DNA from: an uncultured delta proteobacterium
Lineage (GTDB): Bacteria > Desulfobacterota > Desulfobacteria > Desulfobacterales > QNYZ01
Reading direction: 5' to 3'
DNA length: 64,000 nucleotides
Assembly: GCA_963845145.1 (NCBI GenBank)
Contig: CAWJQU010000004.1
Coordinates: 288,001 to 352,000, forward strand
The translations under genes and the position numbers were made by a program. The notes beneath the pieces are model-generated. The model saw only the letters and a program-made list of their open reading frames with translations, made no database searches and was not told the origin of the DNA. How positions within the stretch are numbered: the stretch's first letter is position 1; each line of letters opens with the position of its first letter. Positions 38,519 to 48,586 of the stretch are shown here, in pieces.

Positions 38519-40492
38519 TCAGACACACGGTAATCCAATTTCTTTCAGATAATTAAAGGTGGAATCGTAGAATTCTGTTTTCCTTGTAACATCATCACAG
38601 TTGCCTTCTGGGACAAAAATTATCATACCTTGGCGTGCCCTTGTTAAAAGGACTCGGTATGCATTTTTAAGATATTGTCTGCGAATTGGGTCGTTTATAT
38701 TTTGCCAAGCGGTTCCTCTGAAATTTTTGTATTCCCAGTGTGAGTTGTTGAACCGGAAATCTGCTTCCCATGCGACGCAGGTCCAATCAAGTTCAAGTCC
38801 CTGAATGTCAAACTCGGTCGCTGCCTCTTCAAGATAATATGATGAACGGACATCCTCTTTATCATTTAGAAACCAATTCTTAGGGTCAATGCTTGTTTTA
38901 ACATGTATCCCATGAGGCCTTAGGCGATATGCACCTGAAGATGCCACCAACCCCATCCGTTCACTGCCTCTTGCTTTTTGCCTCAACCAGTTTCTGGCAG
39001 TTGCGATATCTCTTGTGAGGCAAATAGGATAGTCGTGTTGAATTTCTTGCCATAAATTTTTAGCTGTATCTTTATTGTTGTCGATAATGTTTTTTACAAA
39101 TTCAGAAACCTTTTCGGAGCGATACGACCTAACAGAAACTGATAAGTGCAGGTCTGTTTGAACGTGTAATTTTGATGGATTAATTTCTGCGTAGATATTG
39201 TTGCCCCCGGTATACTCTGCATCAGTTAACATGCCAGAAACATATACATGCCAATGGGGGTATTCCTTTTCGATTGCCGCAAACCACTCTGGCAAACCAG
39301 CTTCACCCGTATTTATTTCCTGCCCCCCACCAATAAGGCAAATTATAACTGCATAGGTTTGGTGCCTGTCCATGACACTTATTAGGAAATCTGGTTCAGA
39401 CATCTGGAAGTCTTGAATTCCTTTTTTACGGCTCATAAAAGAACTTGTTTGCTCAAGGGTCCATGCCCTTTGAGCTTCGTCAAATATGGCTACCTTTTCG
39501 ATTGGTGCTTGTTCAGTCTGAATTGAGTCATCTCGGAAATGATGAATGTTTTGGATAAATGCTTTTGTTTTTGATAGCGCTTTGTTTTTGGTGATTCGAG
39601 ATGATGTGTTTTTGCTGTCCTTTACTTCATTTCTGGCTAAGGCTTCTTGCAAGACCTTGACTAACGGGCCATTTCCAGACAGAAAAACAGCATGTTCACC
39701 AAGATCGGCATTGTGTCTTTCGTTGGCAATATTGAGTCCCGCAAGAGTTTTACCCGCACCAGGGACTCCTGTAATAAAACAAATCGATTTCTGATAATAT
39801 TTCTTTGAATGATCAATTATCTCGGCAATAGCAGCAGAGGTTCTGCTTAAATTAATTGCCCCCGAGTCAGACCTGGAAATTTCACTTACGTCGTGACCTT
39901 TGTACAGAGCCTGTGCTGCTTCAATAATAGTTGGCGTAGGTTTGTAAACAGACTCTTGCCATGCGGCGAAATCAATCGTGCTTTCTGGAATTTGTGCAGA
40001 AACCTCAAGCAGAACTGTTTTAAGATTGTTTTTGTTGGCTCTCAGGGGCGAATGGACTAAATCGTCGTAGAAAGTATAGGTATTGTGTGACGAGGGAGCT
40101 TCCGTTGCAACTGCGATTGGAATTATGTGTCTGTGGTGGCTTTTTTCGTGGAAATTCTTCAAATCAAGGGAATAGTCAAGCGCCTGTTCTATAGCGTAGT
40201 TTGAATGCTTTTTTTCTCCAACCTTGAACTCTAATACAAAAATAGCGCCTTTGATAAGAAGGATAACATCGACCCTTTTACCCATTCGTGGTATAGCATA
40301 CTCGAATAGAATGAATGTGTTTTCTGTGTGTCCTGTAAATAATTGTTTTAAAATTTGAATTTGGTCAATCCACGCGTTCCTTTGCAAGTCCTCAAGTGCA
40401 AACTCGTGGTGCCGAACAAGTTCCCCCAGGATGCTGCTATCTGGGTCCTGAAGAAATTGTCTTATAGTATTTGCGTAGTAAGTCCTTTTCAT
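38519..40492 (-). CDS. PD-(D/E)xK nuclease-like domain fused to a DUF2075 (Schlafen group 3-like) helicase; cassette gene
   Basis: EYAIPRMGKRVDVILL...VLEFK, Walker A GVPGAGKT, DEAQR, QGLELD and YRVLLTRAR. Start taken at ATG 40492 (ORF track starts at 40522, which overlaps the core site). Confidence 0.85.
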   Translation of the reverse strand: MKRTYYANTIRQFLQDPDSSILGELVRHHEFALEDLQRNAWIDQIQILKQLFTGHTENTFILFEYAIPRMGKRVDVILLIKGAIFVLEFKVGEKKHSNYAIEQALDYSLDLKNFHEKSHHRHIIPIAVATEAPSSHNTYTFYDDLVHSPLRANKNNLKTVLLEVSAQIPESTIDFAAWQESVYKPTPTIIEAAQALYKGHDVSEISRSDSGAINLSRTSAAIAEIIDHSKKYYQKSICFITGVPGAGKTLAGLNIANERHNADLGEHAVFLSGNGPLVKVLQEALARNEVKDSKNTSSRITKNKALSKTKAFIQNIHHFRDDSIQTEQAPIEKVAIFDEAQRAWTLEQTSSFMSRKKGIQDFQMSEPDFLISVMDRHQTYAVIICLIGGGQEINTGEAGLPEWFAAIEKEYPHWHVYVSGMLTDAEYTGGNNIYAEINPSKLHVQTDLHLSVSVRSYRSEKVSEFVKNIIDNNKDTAKNLWQEIQHDYPICLTRDIATARNWLRQKARGSERMGLVASSGAYRLRPHGIHVKTSIDPKNWFLNDKEDVRSSYYLEEAATEFDIQGLELDWTCVAWEADFRFNNSHWEYKNFRGTAWQNINDPIRRQYLKNAYRVLLTRARQGMIIFVPEGNCDDVTRKTEFYDSTFNYLKEIGLPCV

Positions 40493-40704
40493 TAAATATC
40501 TTTCGATTTTCTCACATAACAAGTTAATATGCTGTTTATAGATATCTTTCGAATTTCATTCGGGGTTCATCTGCAAATTATTAAAAAGTATATATACTCT
40601 AACCGTATAGCATGAATAATTGACAGATAAACGGTTCTGGATATCATTCAAAGAGCCAGGGAAATTTTGAAACCATCAAATTCCTTGGATGAACAGATAA
40701 TGAA

Positions 40705-43700
40705 TTAATTCCCAGCTGCCTTCTGCAACCGCTTAATCCGCTCCCCGGCAAAATGATACTCAATGCGATCATCCCGGTAAGACCCAAGTGCCTCTTTATA
40801 GTTTCGGAGCGCTTTCTTGTTCTCCTCGCTCCCTTCCGCCCATAACCCCAGAGCCGTATGCCCGGTGACCAGGAAGGCGGGTTGTTGGCCCGCTTTTTCG
40901 GCCAGGGATGTTTCTTTGGTAAGATCCAACAAACATGCACTGATTTCCCGGTACCAGGGATCTTGGATCTGTTTTTGATAGGATTCAAGACTGGCCTTGG
41001 CATCGTCAGGACGACCGAGTTTATTCAGAATAAGTGGTTCCAGGAGACCGCCGGTCAGTCGGGAGGCACTTTCGCGACCGGGCGTTTTAAGTAGCCGTGT
41101 GGTCTGGTCCAGGGCCTGTTCCCATTTTTCGTCCATGGCGTGGTAGTAGGCTGATTGGAGCAGCAGAACGGCGTTGTTTTTATCCTTTTCGAGGATTTTT
41201 TCTAAAATGGCCTGTTTATCCGATGGACTGACTGAACCCTGGGTGAGCTTGGCCTGGAGGGGGGCGAGATCCTCTTGGGATTTTGCCTTGACGATCCAGG
41301 CGTTGCGGGTTGATTGGGTAAACGTTGTCGCTTTGGCCTGATAGTCGTTTTTTTCGGTGGAATCAGGCATGGCTTCGAGTTGGTTTTCAATCAGATGTTC
41401 CAATTTTGCCATGGCCATCAGGTAGGGCCATCGATCTCCACCAGTGGCTTTGGATACCGCTTTTCGAAAATGAGATTCCGCTTCGGTTGTTCGCCCCTGT
41501 TTGGTTTCCATGAGTCCGGCGACATAATGTAGCAGGCTGGTTTCCTGATCCGTGTCGCCCATGGTGACGGCGGTGTTGATATCGATTTGGCCGGACAGGA
41601 TTTTAGCCAGATAACCGAAAAACTCCGAAGGGGAGCGCCAATCGAGGGCGATGAGGGCCTGCTGGTGAATGCTTTTATCTGCTTTATCCGTGATAAAATC
41701 GATGAGATAGAGCATCATCCGGGCCAGGTCGTTATCCTTGTGCATGGAAAGGGCACGGGTAAACAGGGATTTAGCTTCGTTGTAGTCGTTGCGGCAGTAG
41801 TGCATCAAGCCGGCGATCATGGCCAGGGATAGATCGGAACTTTCGGCAAAGGCATCGTCGGCGAGTTGCTGGGCTTTTTTCCACGCGCCCTTATCGGCGG
41901 CGGCATGGATTTTTTCAAGTTTTTCATCGAGGGCCAGATCGAGAAAGCCATTCCACTTGGATTGCCCGGCTTGAATGTCGGACAAAAAGGCAGCGGCTTT
42001 GGTGATGGGCAGTACCAGCCCGATATCGGAGAGCATGGTAATCACCGGCACCGGGGCTTTGGCCCTATTGACGTAAACGCTGGAGGCGATCCCCACCACC
42101 CGGCCGCGGGGATCGATTACCGGGCCGCCGCTGTTGCCCTGGTAGATCGATGTGTCGACCTGAAACATGGTTTTAAAGGTGCGGCGCACATGGCCGGTGC
42201 TGACACTGACATTGATCGAATCGGTCTGGGTGCGGCTGCCCAGGGGAAATCCGAGGGTCATGACCGGCGTCAGTTTGGGGATGTTGATGGCCGCCATTTG
42301 GTCGTCTAAAGGTAAGGGAATTAAATTTTCAGGGTACGGGATCGATTTTGAGTACGGCAAAATCATCTTTTAATGGGGATTGAACGACTTGCCAGGTGTT
42401 TACGAGCGGGTGGGCCACACCGGCGATTTGTAATTTTTTGGGGCCTTTTAAACGGTAGGCCGATTCGATGTGGTAGCGATCCTCTAACTCGACGCTTCGG
42501 GCCGGTGCGGGCAGTCGCTTAAAAGCCCGCTGGCCTTCAAACCATAAAAAGGCCTGGTAGGCCAGACGTGGGGACCGGCCGGCTTGCTTTAAGCGGGCGA
42601 TGACTTGAAACATCTGGTTGTCTTCCAACCAGGGGCAGGCCACATGGCGATTGGTGATCAAGTGCCCCTCGGGGCTAACGAGAAACGCCGTCCCTTCGGT
42701 GCGATTGCGATAGGCGATCTTCTTTTCCACCATCAGCTGATAATCGACCATGACGAACGCCACCGAGCCGGCATAGCGGTTGGCATATTCACTCAGCGTG
42801 GCCGGATCTTTGGGGATATGGGCAAAATAAAACCAGGCGAAACCACCGAGTGCGATCAGAATGGCCAAAAGAATCGCTGAAACCCGGACCCATCTTTTCA
42901 GCCCTTGAATATCCCCATCCGCCCTCTCTTTTTTTTGAGCGGCGACAATTTCCTTATCCGTGATTTGGGACAAGGATTCCTCGATTTGAGCCATGGATGT
43001 CGGCCGCAAGTCACGGTCTTCAGCCAGCATCATTTTAAAAAGCATTTTGGCCTTGGCCGGAATCGCCAGTTGGTCAATTTTATCGATATAATCGTTCTCT
43101 CCGCTTAAATCTCCGGAGAGGAGTTCCACAAAAATTTTCCCCAATGACCAGATATCGCTTTTGGCATTCAAGGGGCGCTGGTTGAGTGTGTCGGGATGGG
43201 AGACCAAAAGGTTCTTCAGCATGGGGCCGGGACGGTCGAGGCGGGGATCGAGAAACCGGGATACCTTGTAGTCAACTTTAACGGCCAGGGTTTTGGCCAA
43301 TTTTTGGCCCGATTTTTGACCCGGTCTTTGATCTGGTCTTTGATCTGGTTTTTGATTTGGGCTTTCACTCAAGCGCTCGCGGGGCTCTTCATCGCCTTTC
43401 TCGTAGACAATAATATCATTCAGGATCAGATGGGGGATGATATGGCCGGTTTGATGCAGGCAATCCAGGGCCGCGGCCAGTTTCTTAAACATATAAAAAA
43501 AGGTGCGGGTGTCTTTGAAGTGGTCGGAAGCGAGAAGATGCCCCCAGTTTTTCGCAGAAATCCATTCACTGACACGGTACCACAAACCGGTTTCCGACTG
43601 CCTGATTTCCAAATGCCGGACGAAATGGTCTTCGGGAAGTTTTTTAAGTATTTCCAGTTCCTGCTTTAGACGGGCGGCGATCTTTTCATCCACTCCGGAT

Positions 43701-43906
43701 TGAGGCGTGAAAATCCGGATGGCGACATCTTCATTGTTCTCTTGGTTTATGGCATGGCAAAGCACACTGGAATAGCCTTCATGCAGGACGGAGACAATCC
43801 GGTAGTGGTCGATGGATTGAATCCCCTCGGAGACTTCACTGCCGCAGGTAGGGCAGGTGGTGATTTTTTCGGATAGTAACTGACCGCACTGGTGACATTG
43901 CTTCAT
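40705..43906 (-). CDS. Zinc ribbon-pseudokinase-TM-trypsin-like serine protease-TPR protein, split by a +1 frameshift at about 42332
   Basis: CHQC...CPTC; kinase fold (VAIRIF, SDIWSLG, DLRP); TM helix. Protease His TNRHVA and Asp DDFAVL are in ORF 42329-43906; Ser GNSGGP and TPR-like helices are in ORF 40705-42366. Removing one C from GTA CCC TGA AAA joins them. Confidence 0.8.
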
Positions 43907-44030
43907 GGTTTCATCCGTATTGCCGATTGGGATTGAAGGACCTATATTAAGAAGTAATCGAATTTATTTGATTATATCAATTCGTGGAATTAAACACAAA
44001 TCAACGTAAGCCCCTTGCGATGGAGCCGCC

Positions 44031-46655
44031 ATGCTACTGAAGAACCTTTTCCGTTATTGGACATTTCAAATTTTTTCGCCGGGTACGGTTCTACGGGAAA
44101 AATACGACGCCTTTAAATCGCTTTTGACCCATGACAAACAGGCCCATGAACTCATGGCTGAACTGGAGTCGATCTATTACAACCAGGAACGGGTCGATTT
44201 TCAACAGATTGCCAATAAGTACGATCTTTTGGCGGGAAACGTGGCCGGTATCGTCGACAATCTGACCCGTATGTGCCCGGGGCGGTATCTTGATTTAAAA
44301 ACCTATTATAATAAATTTGACGGGTATATCCATTTCATGCTGGACCCGCCAAATGATGATTATTCACCGCCCTATACCATTTTGCTCGACGATATATCTA
44401 CCAAAGATCACCCATTGGTCGGTGGGAAAACGGCTAACCTTGCAACGATTAAAAACAATCTTCATCTTCCGGTCCCGGCCGGCTTTGCGATCACCATCCG
44501 TGCTTTTCATTCAATAATCGACTTTAATCAGTTGCGGTCCAAAATTAACGCCAAACTGGCCGTCATCGATATCAATGACACCGCTTCCCTGGATCGAATC
44601 TCGGCTGAGATCATGGACTGGATCATGAAAACCGATATTCCGCCGGCGATCGAAACGGCCATTGCCCAAGCGTGGGCGTCCTGTTTGTGGAAAAACAATT
44701 CGACCCTCAGGGTGGCTGTGCGCAGTAGTGCGGTGGCCGAAGACGGTGCCTCCTCATTTGCCGGTCAGTACCATACGGAATTAAACGTGCCTCAATCAAA
44801 TATCCTGGATGCCTACAGAAAAGTGATTGCCAGTAAATATACCGCCAGAGCGTTGTATTACCGCATCAACTATGGCCTGTCCGATACCGAAGTGCCCATG
44901 GCCGTGCTGGTCCTGGAGATGATTGATGCCGAATCCAGTGGGGTGATGTATACCCAAGCGCCCAATCACACCCAGCCGGATAATCCCCAACCGAAAAGCC
45001 CGGATAATCCCCAATCGAAAAGCCCAGATTATCCCCAATTGAAAAGCATGGATATTCATGCCATTTGGGGTTTGGGCGAGTTGCTGGTGGGTGGCGAAGT
45101 GTCGCCGGATGTGATTCGAGTGTCACGGGACGATCCACCGGTGATCCTGGATCGGCAGAACGGAAGCCAAGATCGCCAGATGGTCTATTCGTCCCGTAAA
45201 AAGACAAAGCTCATTCCGGTTCCGGAAGAGAAAAAACGCGTTTCGGCGTTGGATGAAAAAGGGGCCCTGTTACTGGCCCAATGGGGAATGGTACTCGAAG
45301 CCTGTTATCGTGAACCCCAGGATGTGGAATGGTGCCGGGATGACCAGGGGGAAATGGTTGTCCTGCAATCCAGACCGCTTCAACTTGACGAAATAGCGGT
45401 TTTGCCGGATGAATGCTTTTTCGACGATTTGGAAAAGAAGGCCCTTGTTAGCGGTGGTGACAAGGCATCTTCAGGCATTGGTGCCGGCCCGGTGCATCTG
45501 GTCAACCGCAACACCGATCTCCAAAGCCTTCCCTTCGGTTCTGTGCTGGTGGCCAAAAATGCCCGGCCTCACTATGTAAAAGTTTTGAATAAAGTCAACG
45601 CCGTGGTTACCGACACCGGCAGTGCCGCCGGGCATTTTGCATCGGTGGCCCGGGAGTTCGGTATCCCGGTGCTGGTCAATACGGGCGAGGCGACAAAACG
45701 ACTGGTAAACGGGCGGGAAGTCACTGTCTATGCCGACGAAAAAACGGTGTATGACGGCGTGGTTCATCCAATGATCGAAAGCCCTTGTGCCCGGAAAGAT
45801 CTATTGATCGATAGCCCGTTTATGCGCAAAATGCGATATGTCATGGGCTTTGTCTCATCGCTTAAACTGGTGGATCCTGACCATGAGAACTTCAGGCCCG
45901 AAGGGTGCCGCTCGCTCCATGATATTATTCGCTTTTGCCACGAAAAAGCGGTTTCCGAAATGTTTTCCATGGGCGATCGTCGCATCACCCGCAAGCAGGG
46001 TGCCCGCAAACTCGTCTCAACAATACCCATGCAGGTCTATATTCTCGACGTGGGAGACGGTGTCAGTGAGCAAACCGTCGATAAGAAAACGGTCCGGATC
46101 GAAGAGGTTGACAATCTTCCCATGCAAGCGGTCTGGAGAGGGCTGAACCATCCGGATATTGAGTGGTCGGATTTTGGCCACTTTGATTGGGCCGAATATG
46201 ATAAGATTGTCATGAACGGGGGGATCATCAGCGCGGATTCGGCTCTTTTTTCCAGCTATGCGGTTTTGTCGAACAGTTATATGAACCTGGCGTTGAAGTT
46301 CGGGTATCACTTTGTCATTATAGACGCCGCCTGCACCAGCCGTTCCGATGAAAACTATGCGTCCTTTCGCTTCACCGGTGGTGGTTCCGACTATGCCGGG
46401 CGGTCGTTGAGGGCGACATTTTTACGAAAAATCTTAGACCACATCGGGTTTGACATCGAAGATAAAAAGGGCGATCTGGTCAATGCCCGCTTAAATGGCG
46501 ATGAGCAGCTGATAATGGAGCGAAAACTGGAACTGTTGGGTCGCTTGCTCGGGGCGTCGTGCTTGATGGATATGTATCTGAAGGATGAATCGCAGATTGA
46601 GGGGTTTGTGTCCGACTTTCTTTCCGGTCGCTATCACTTCGCGACGGTTTCGTAA
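44031..46655 (+). CDS. PEP synthase/PPDK-like protein (ATP-grasp plus phospho-His swivel domain, atypical C-terminus)
   Basis: VGGKTANL, VRSSAVAEDG..SFAGQY, DVEW, LQSRPL and GSAAGHFASVAREFGIP; no recognisable pyruvate-binding TIM barrel motifs. Confidence 0.85.
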   Translation: MLLKNLFRYWTFQIFSPGTVLREKYDAFKSLLTHDKQAHELMAELESIYYNQERVDFQQIANKYDLLAGNVAGIVDNLTRMCPGRYLDLKTYYNKFDGYIHFMLDPPNDDYSPPYTILLDDISTKDHPLVGGKTANLATIKNNLHLPVPAGFAITIRAFHSIIDFNQLRSKINAKLAVIDINDTASLDRISAEIMDWIMKTDIPPAIETAIAQAWASCLWKNNSTLRVAVRSSAVAEDGASSFAGQYHTELNVPQSNILDAYRKVIASKYTARALYYRINYGLSDTEVPMAVLVLEMIDAESSGVMYTQAPNHTQPDNPQPKSPDNPQSKSPDYPQLKSMDIHAIWGLGELLVGGEVSPDVIRVSRDDPPVILDRQNGSQDRQMVYSSRKKTKLIPVPEEKKRVSALDEKGALLLAQWGMVLEACYREPQDVEWCRDDQGEMVVLQSRPLQLDEIAVLPDECFFDDLEKKALVSGGDKASSGIGAGPVHLVNRNTDLQSLPFGSVLVAKNARPHYVKVLNKVNAVVTDTGSAAGHFASVAREFGIPVLVNTGEATKRLVNGREVTVYADEKTVYDGVVHPMIESPCARKDLLIDSPFMRKMRYVMGFVSSLKLVDPDHENFRPEGCRSLHDIIRFCHEKAVSEMFSMGDRRITRKQGARKLVSTIPMQVYILDVGDGVSEQTVDKKTVRIEEVDNLPMQAVWRGLNHPDIEWSDFGHFDWAEYDKIVMNGGIISADSALFSSYAVLSNSYMNLALKFGYHFVIIDAACTSRSDENYASFRFTGGGSDYAGRSLRATFLRKILDHIGFDIEDKKGDLVNARLNGDEQLIMERKLELLGRLLGASCLMDMYLKDESQIEGFVSDFLSGRYHFATVS

Positions 46656-46785
46656 TCCGCCTCAGACGGACAATATCTGCGTTGCACTTTGTTCCGTCTT
46701 TGCTGCGGCGTACATGAGTACGCCTCACAAAACGAAACAAAGCGCGCCTTGATCTTGGCCGTCTGAGACGGATTACGAAACCGTC
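46643..46785. repeat. 143-bp palindromic MITE-like element with 27-bp terminal inverted repeats
   Basis: GACGGTTTCGTAATCCGCCTCAGACGG...CCGTCTGAGACGGATTACGAAACCGTC (one mismatch), central GGCGTAC-ATGA-GTACGCC hairpin. Confidence 0.8.
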
Positions 46786-46939
46786 TGGTTTTTGAGTGCC
46801 GAGTGCCGATTGTCGCATTGAAATAATTTAAAATTTGGCGATAATGTAAAATTTGGTAGTGACGGCTGAACATGAAACACTGGGGGTGTTGCCCTTTCTC
46901 CAACAGGGTTGGAGAAAATACGATTTAAATTGGAGAGTA

Positions 46940-48088
46940 ATGAGTGATTACAAGCTGACCTGGATTACCGACGATCTGGCTGCGGGGTATGCGCCCATGT
47001 CTTATGCTGATCTGGATTTGATAAGGGGCCAGGGGATTGCGGCCATCGTGAATCTTTGCGGGGAGTATTGCGATCTACATGAAATTGAGGAAAAGTCGGG
47101 TTTTGACGTCTATTATCTGCCCATACCCGATGAGTGCGCGCCGGATATGGCGGCGCTTGAAAAGGGATTGACCTGGGTGGACGACGTCCTCTATCAGGGG
47201 AAAAAAGTCCTGGTCCACTGCCGGTTTGGTATCGGTCGAACCGGTACGTTTGTCACTTCCTTTTTGATTCGTCGCGGGCTCGGATTGAAAGTGGCCAAAA
47301 AAAGGTTAAAAAACACAAGATCCCAACCGGCCACCTATCAGCAGTGGAAGATGTTAAAAAAATATAACAAGGAATGCAGCCTGAACGCCATCCGGGAGCC
47401 TGCCCTAAGGTCTAAAAACGTGGTTGACTTAACCAGTTATTTTCAAAACTACGAAAAATTGAGAGACAAAGCGGCGGCGGCCCTCAAGCAGGCAGAGAGG
47501 GAAGATGGCCCCCGACCGGTGTGCGGGCTGGACACCGATACCTGCTGTTACGGTTATTTTGAGCTGCCGCTTATCGAGGCGGTGTATCTATTTAACCGGA
47601 TGAACCGGGTGGCCAACCCCGATACCCGGGGTACCATCACGCATCAGGCAATCCAGGTGCAAGAAAAAACCCGATGCCTTAAAGATGGCATCCAGAAAGA
47701 TCCAGAAGATAAAATCAGGAAAGATAAACCCCAAAATGATAAAATCCAAAATGATAAAATAAGGCCTGAGAATCATCCCGAAAAATCATGGATAGCGTTT
47801 AAGCGTTCTTTCAAGGCGCAAAAAATTCGGTGCCCGGTAAATCTGGAATCCAAATGCCTTCTTTTTGACCATCGGCCGCTTCGTTGCCTCTGTGATGGCA
47901 CCAGTAACGAAATCCTTGCCGCGCTAAAGATCGAAGATACCCTGAACCACCTCTCACGGCATCTGGTTTGGGCGTTGAGCGAACAGTCACTACAGGGCAA
48001 GGAGGGCAAGGGACTGTATTTCTCGATGGCCGATACGGTTTCAGGGCAGTTTGTGCAGGATTATTTCAGTTATCTGGCGTGCACTTAA
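46940..48088 (+). CDS. Dual-specificity (CX5R) phosphatase fused to a Cys-rich YkgJ-like domain
   Basis: LPIPDE, VHCRFGIGRTG; then CGLDTDTCC and CPVNLESKCLLFDHRPLRC. GGAG RBS before ATG 46940. Confidence 0.85.
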   Translation: MSDYKLTWITDDLAAGYAPMSYADLDLIRGQGIAAIVNLCGEYCDLHEIEEKSGFDVYYLPIPDECAPDMAALEKGLTWVDDVLYQGKKVLVHCRFGIGRTGTFVTSFLIRRGLGLKVAKKRLKNTRSQPATYQQWKMLKKYNKECSLNAIREPALRSKNVVDLTSYFQNYEKLRDKAAAALKQAEREDGPRPVCGLDTDTCCYGYFELPLIEAVYLFNRMNRVANPDTRGTITHQAIQVQEKTRCLKDGIQKDPEDKIRKDKPQNDKIQNDKIRPENHPEKSWIAFKRSFKAQKIRCPVNLESKCLLFDHRPLRCLCDGTSNEILAALKIEDTLNHLSRHLVWALSEQSLQGKEGKGLYFSMADTVSGQFVQDYFSYLACT

Positions 48089-48163
48089 TCATTGAGATAG
48101 GACCTTGCTTTCGCAGGCGGTGAATCCCCAAAAAGGGATCTATGGATGGGCACTGCTTAGCCG

Positions 48164-48586
48164 TCACTTATTTACCCACCAAAAATCGTTTCTATCAACC
48201 GGATCGTAAAATTTGACGCGGCCATTTACCCAAACTTTCGGCGCCAGCCGGGTTTCATCACGGCCGCAACGCAGCAGGCGATCAGTGGCCATGACCCAGC
48301 CCTTGATGGGACCATGTTTGGCCATTGCCTGACGTGCGTATTCGGAGCAAGACGGGTGCATGGGGCAGGGACCCCGGCGAACGGCGGACAGGTGGTTTAA
48401 CGGGCCCCGATACAAATCGATCACACCAGGGACCGATGTGTTCGGATTCGTCGATTCAGAGGCTGGAAACGTCACGCAACCCAGGAAAAAGACGCTTATG
48501 GACGGGAACATTACAAAGGCCATGATAATTAGCCCTAAGGGCGTTTTAAATGAGTGGGGCGATATCATTGACATTACCTTAATCAT
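48164..48586 (-). CDS. YidD-like (haemolytic domain) protein with N-terminal membrane/lipoprotein segment
   Basis: CPMHPSCSEYARQAMAKHG...DRLLRC; start position uncertain. Confidence 0.75.
   Translation of the reverse strand: MIKVMSMISPHSFKTPLGLIIMAFVMFPSISVFFLGCVTFPASESTNPNTSVPGVIDLYRGPLNHLSAVRRGPCPMHPSCSEYARQAMAKHGPIKGWVMATDRLLRCGRDETRLAPKVWVNGRVKFYDPVDRNDFWWVNK

Noticed and set aside
42329..42331. Selenocysteine readthrough of the TGA in the pseudokinase-protease gene
   Set aside because: In-frame readthrough gives non-protease sequence; the protease continues in the +1 frame.
44976..45047. CRISPR-like repeat array
   Set aside because: Contiguous in-frame 24-bp units with no spacers and no cas genes; no CRISPR array was seen anywhere in the window.
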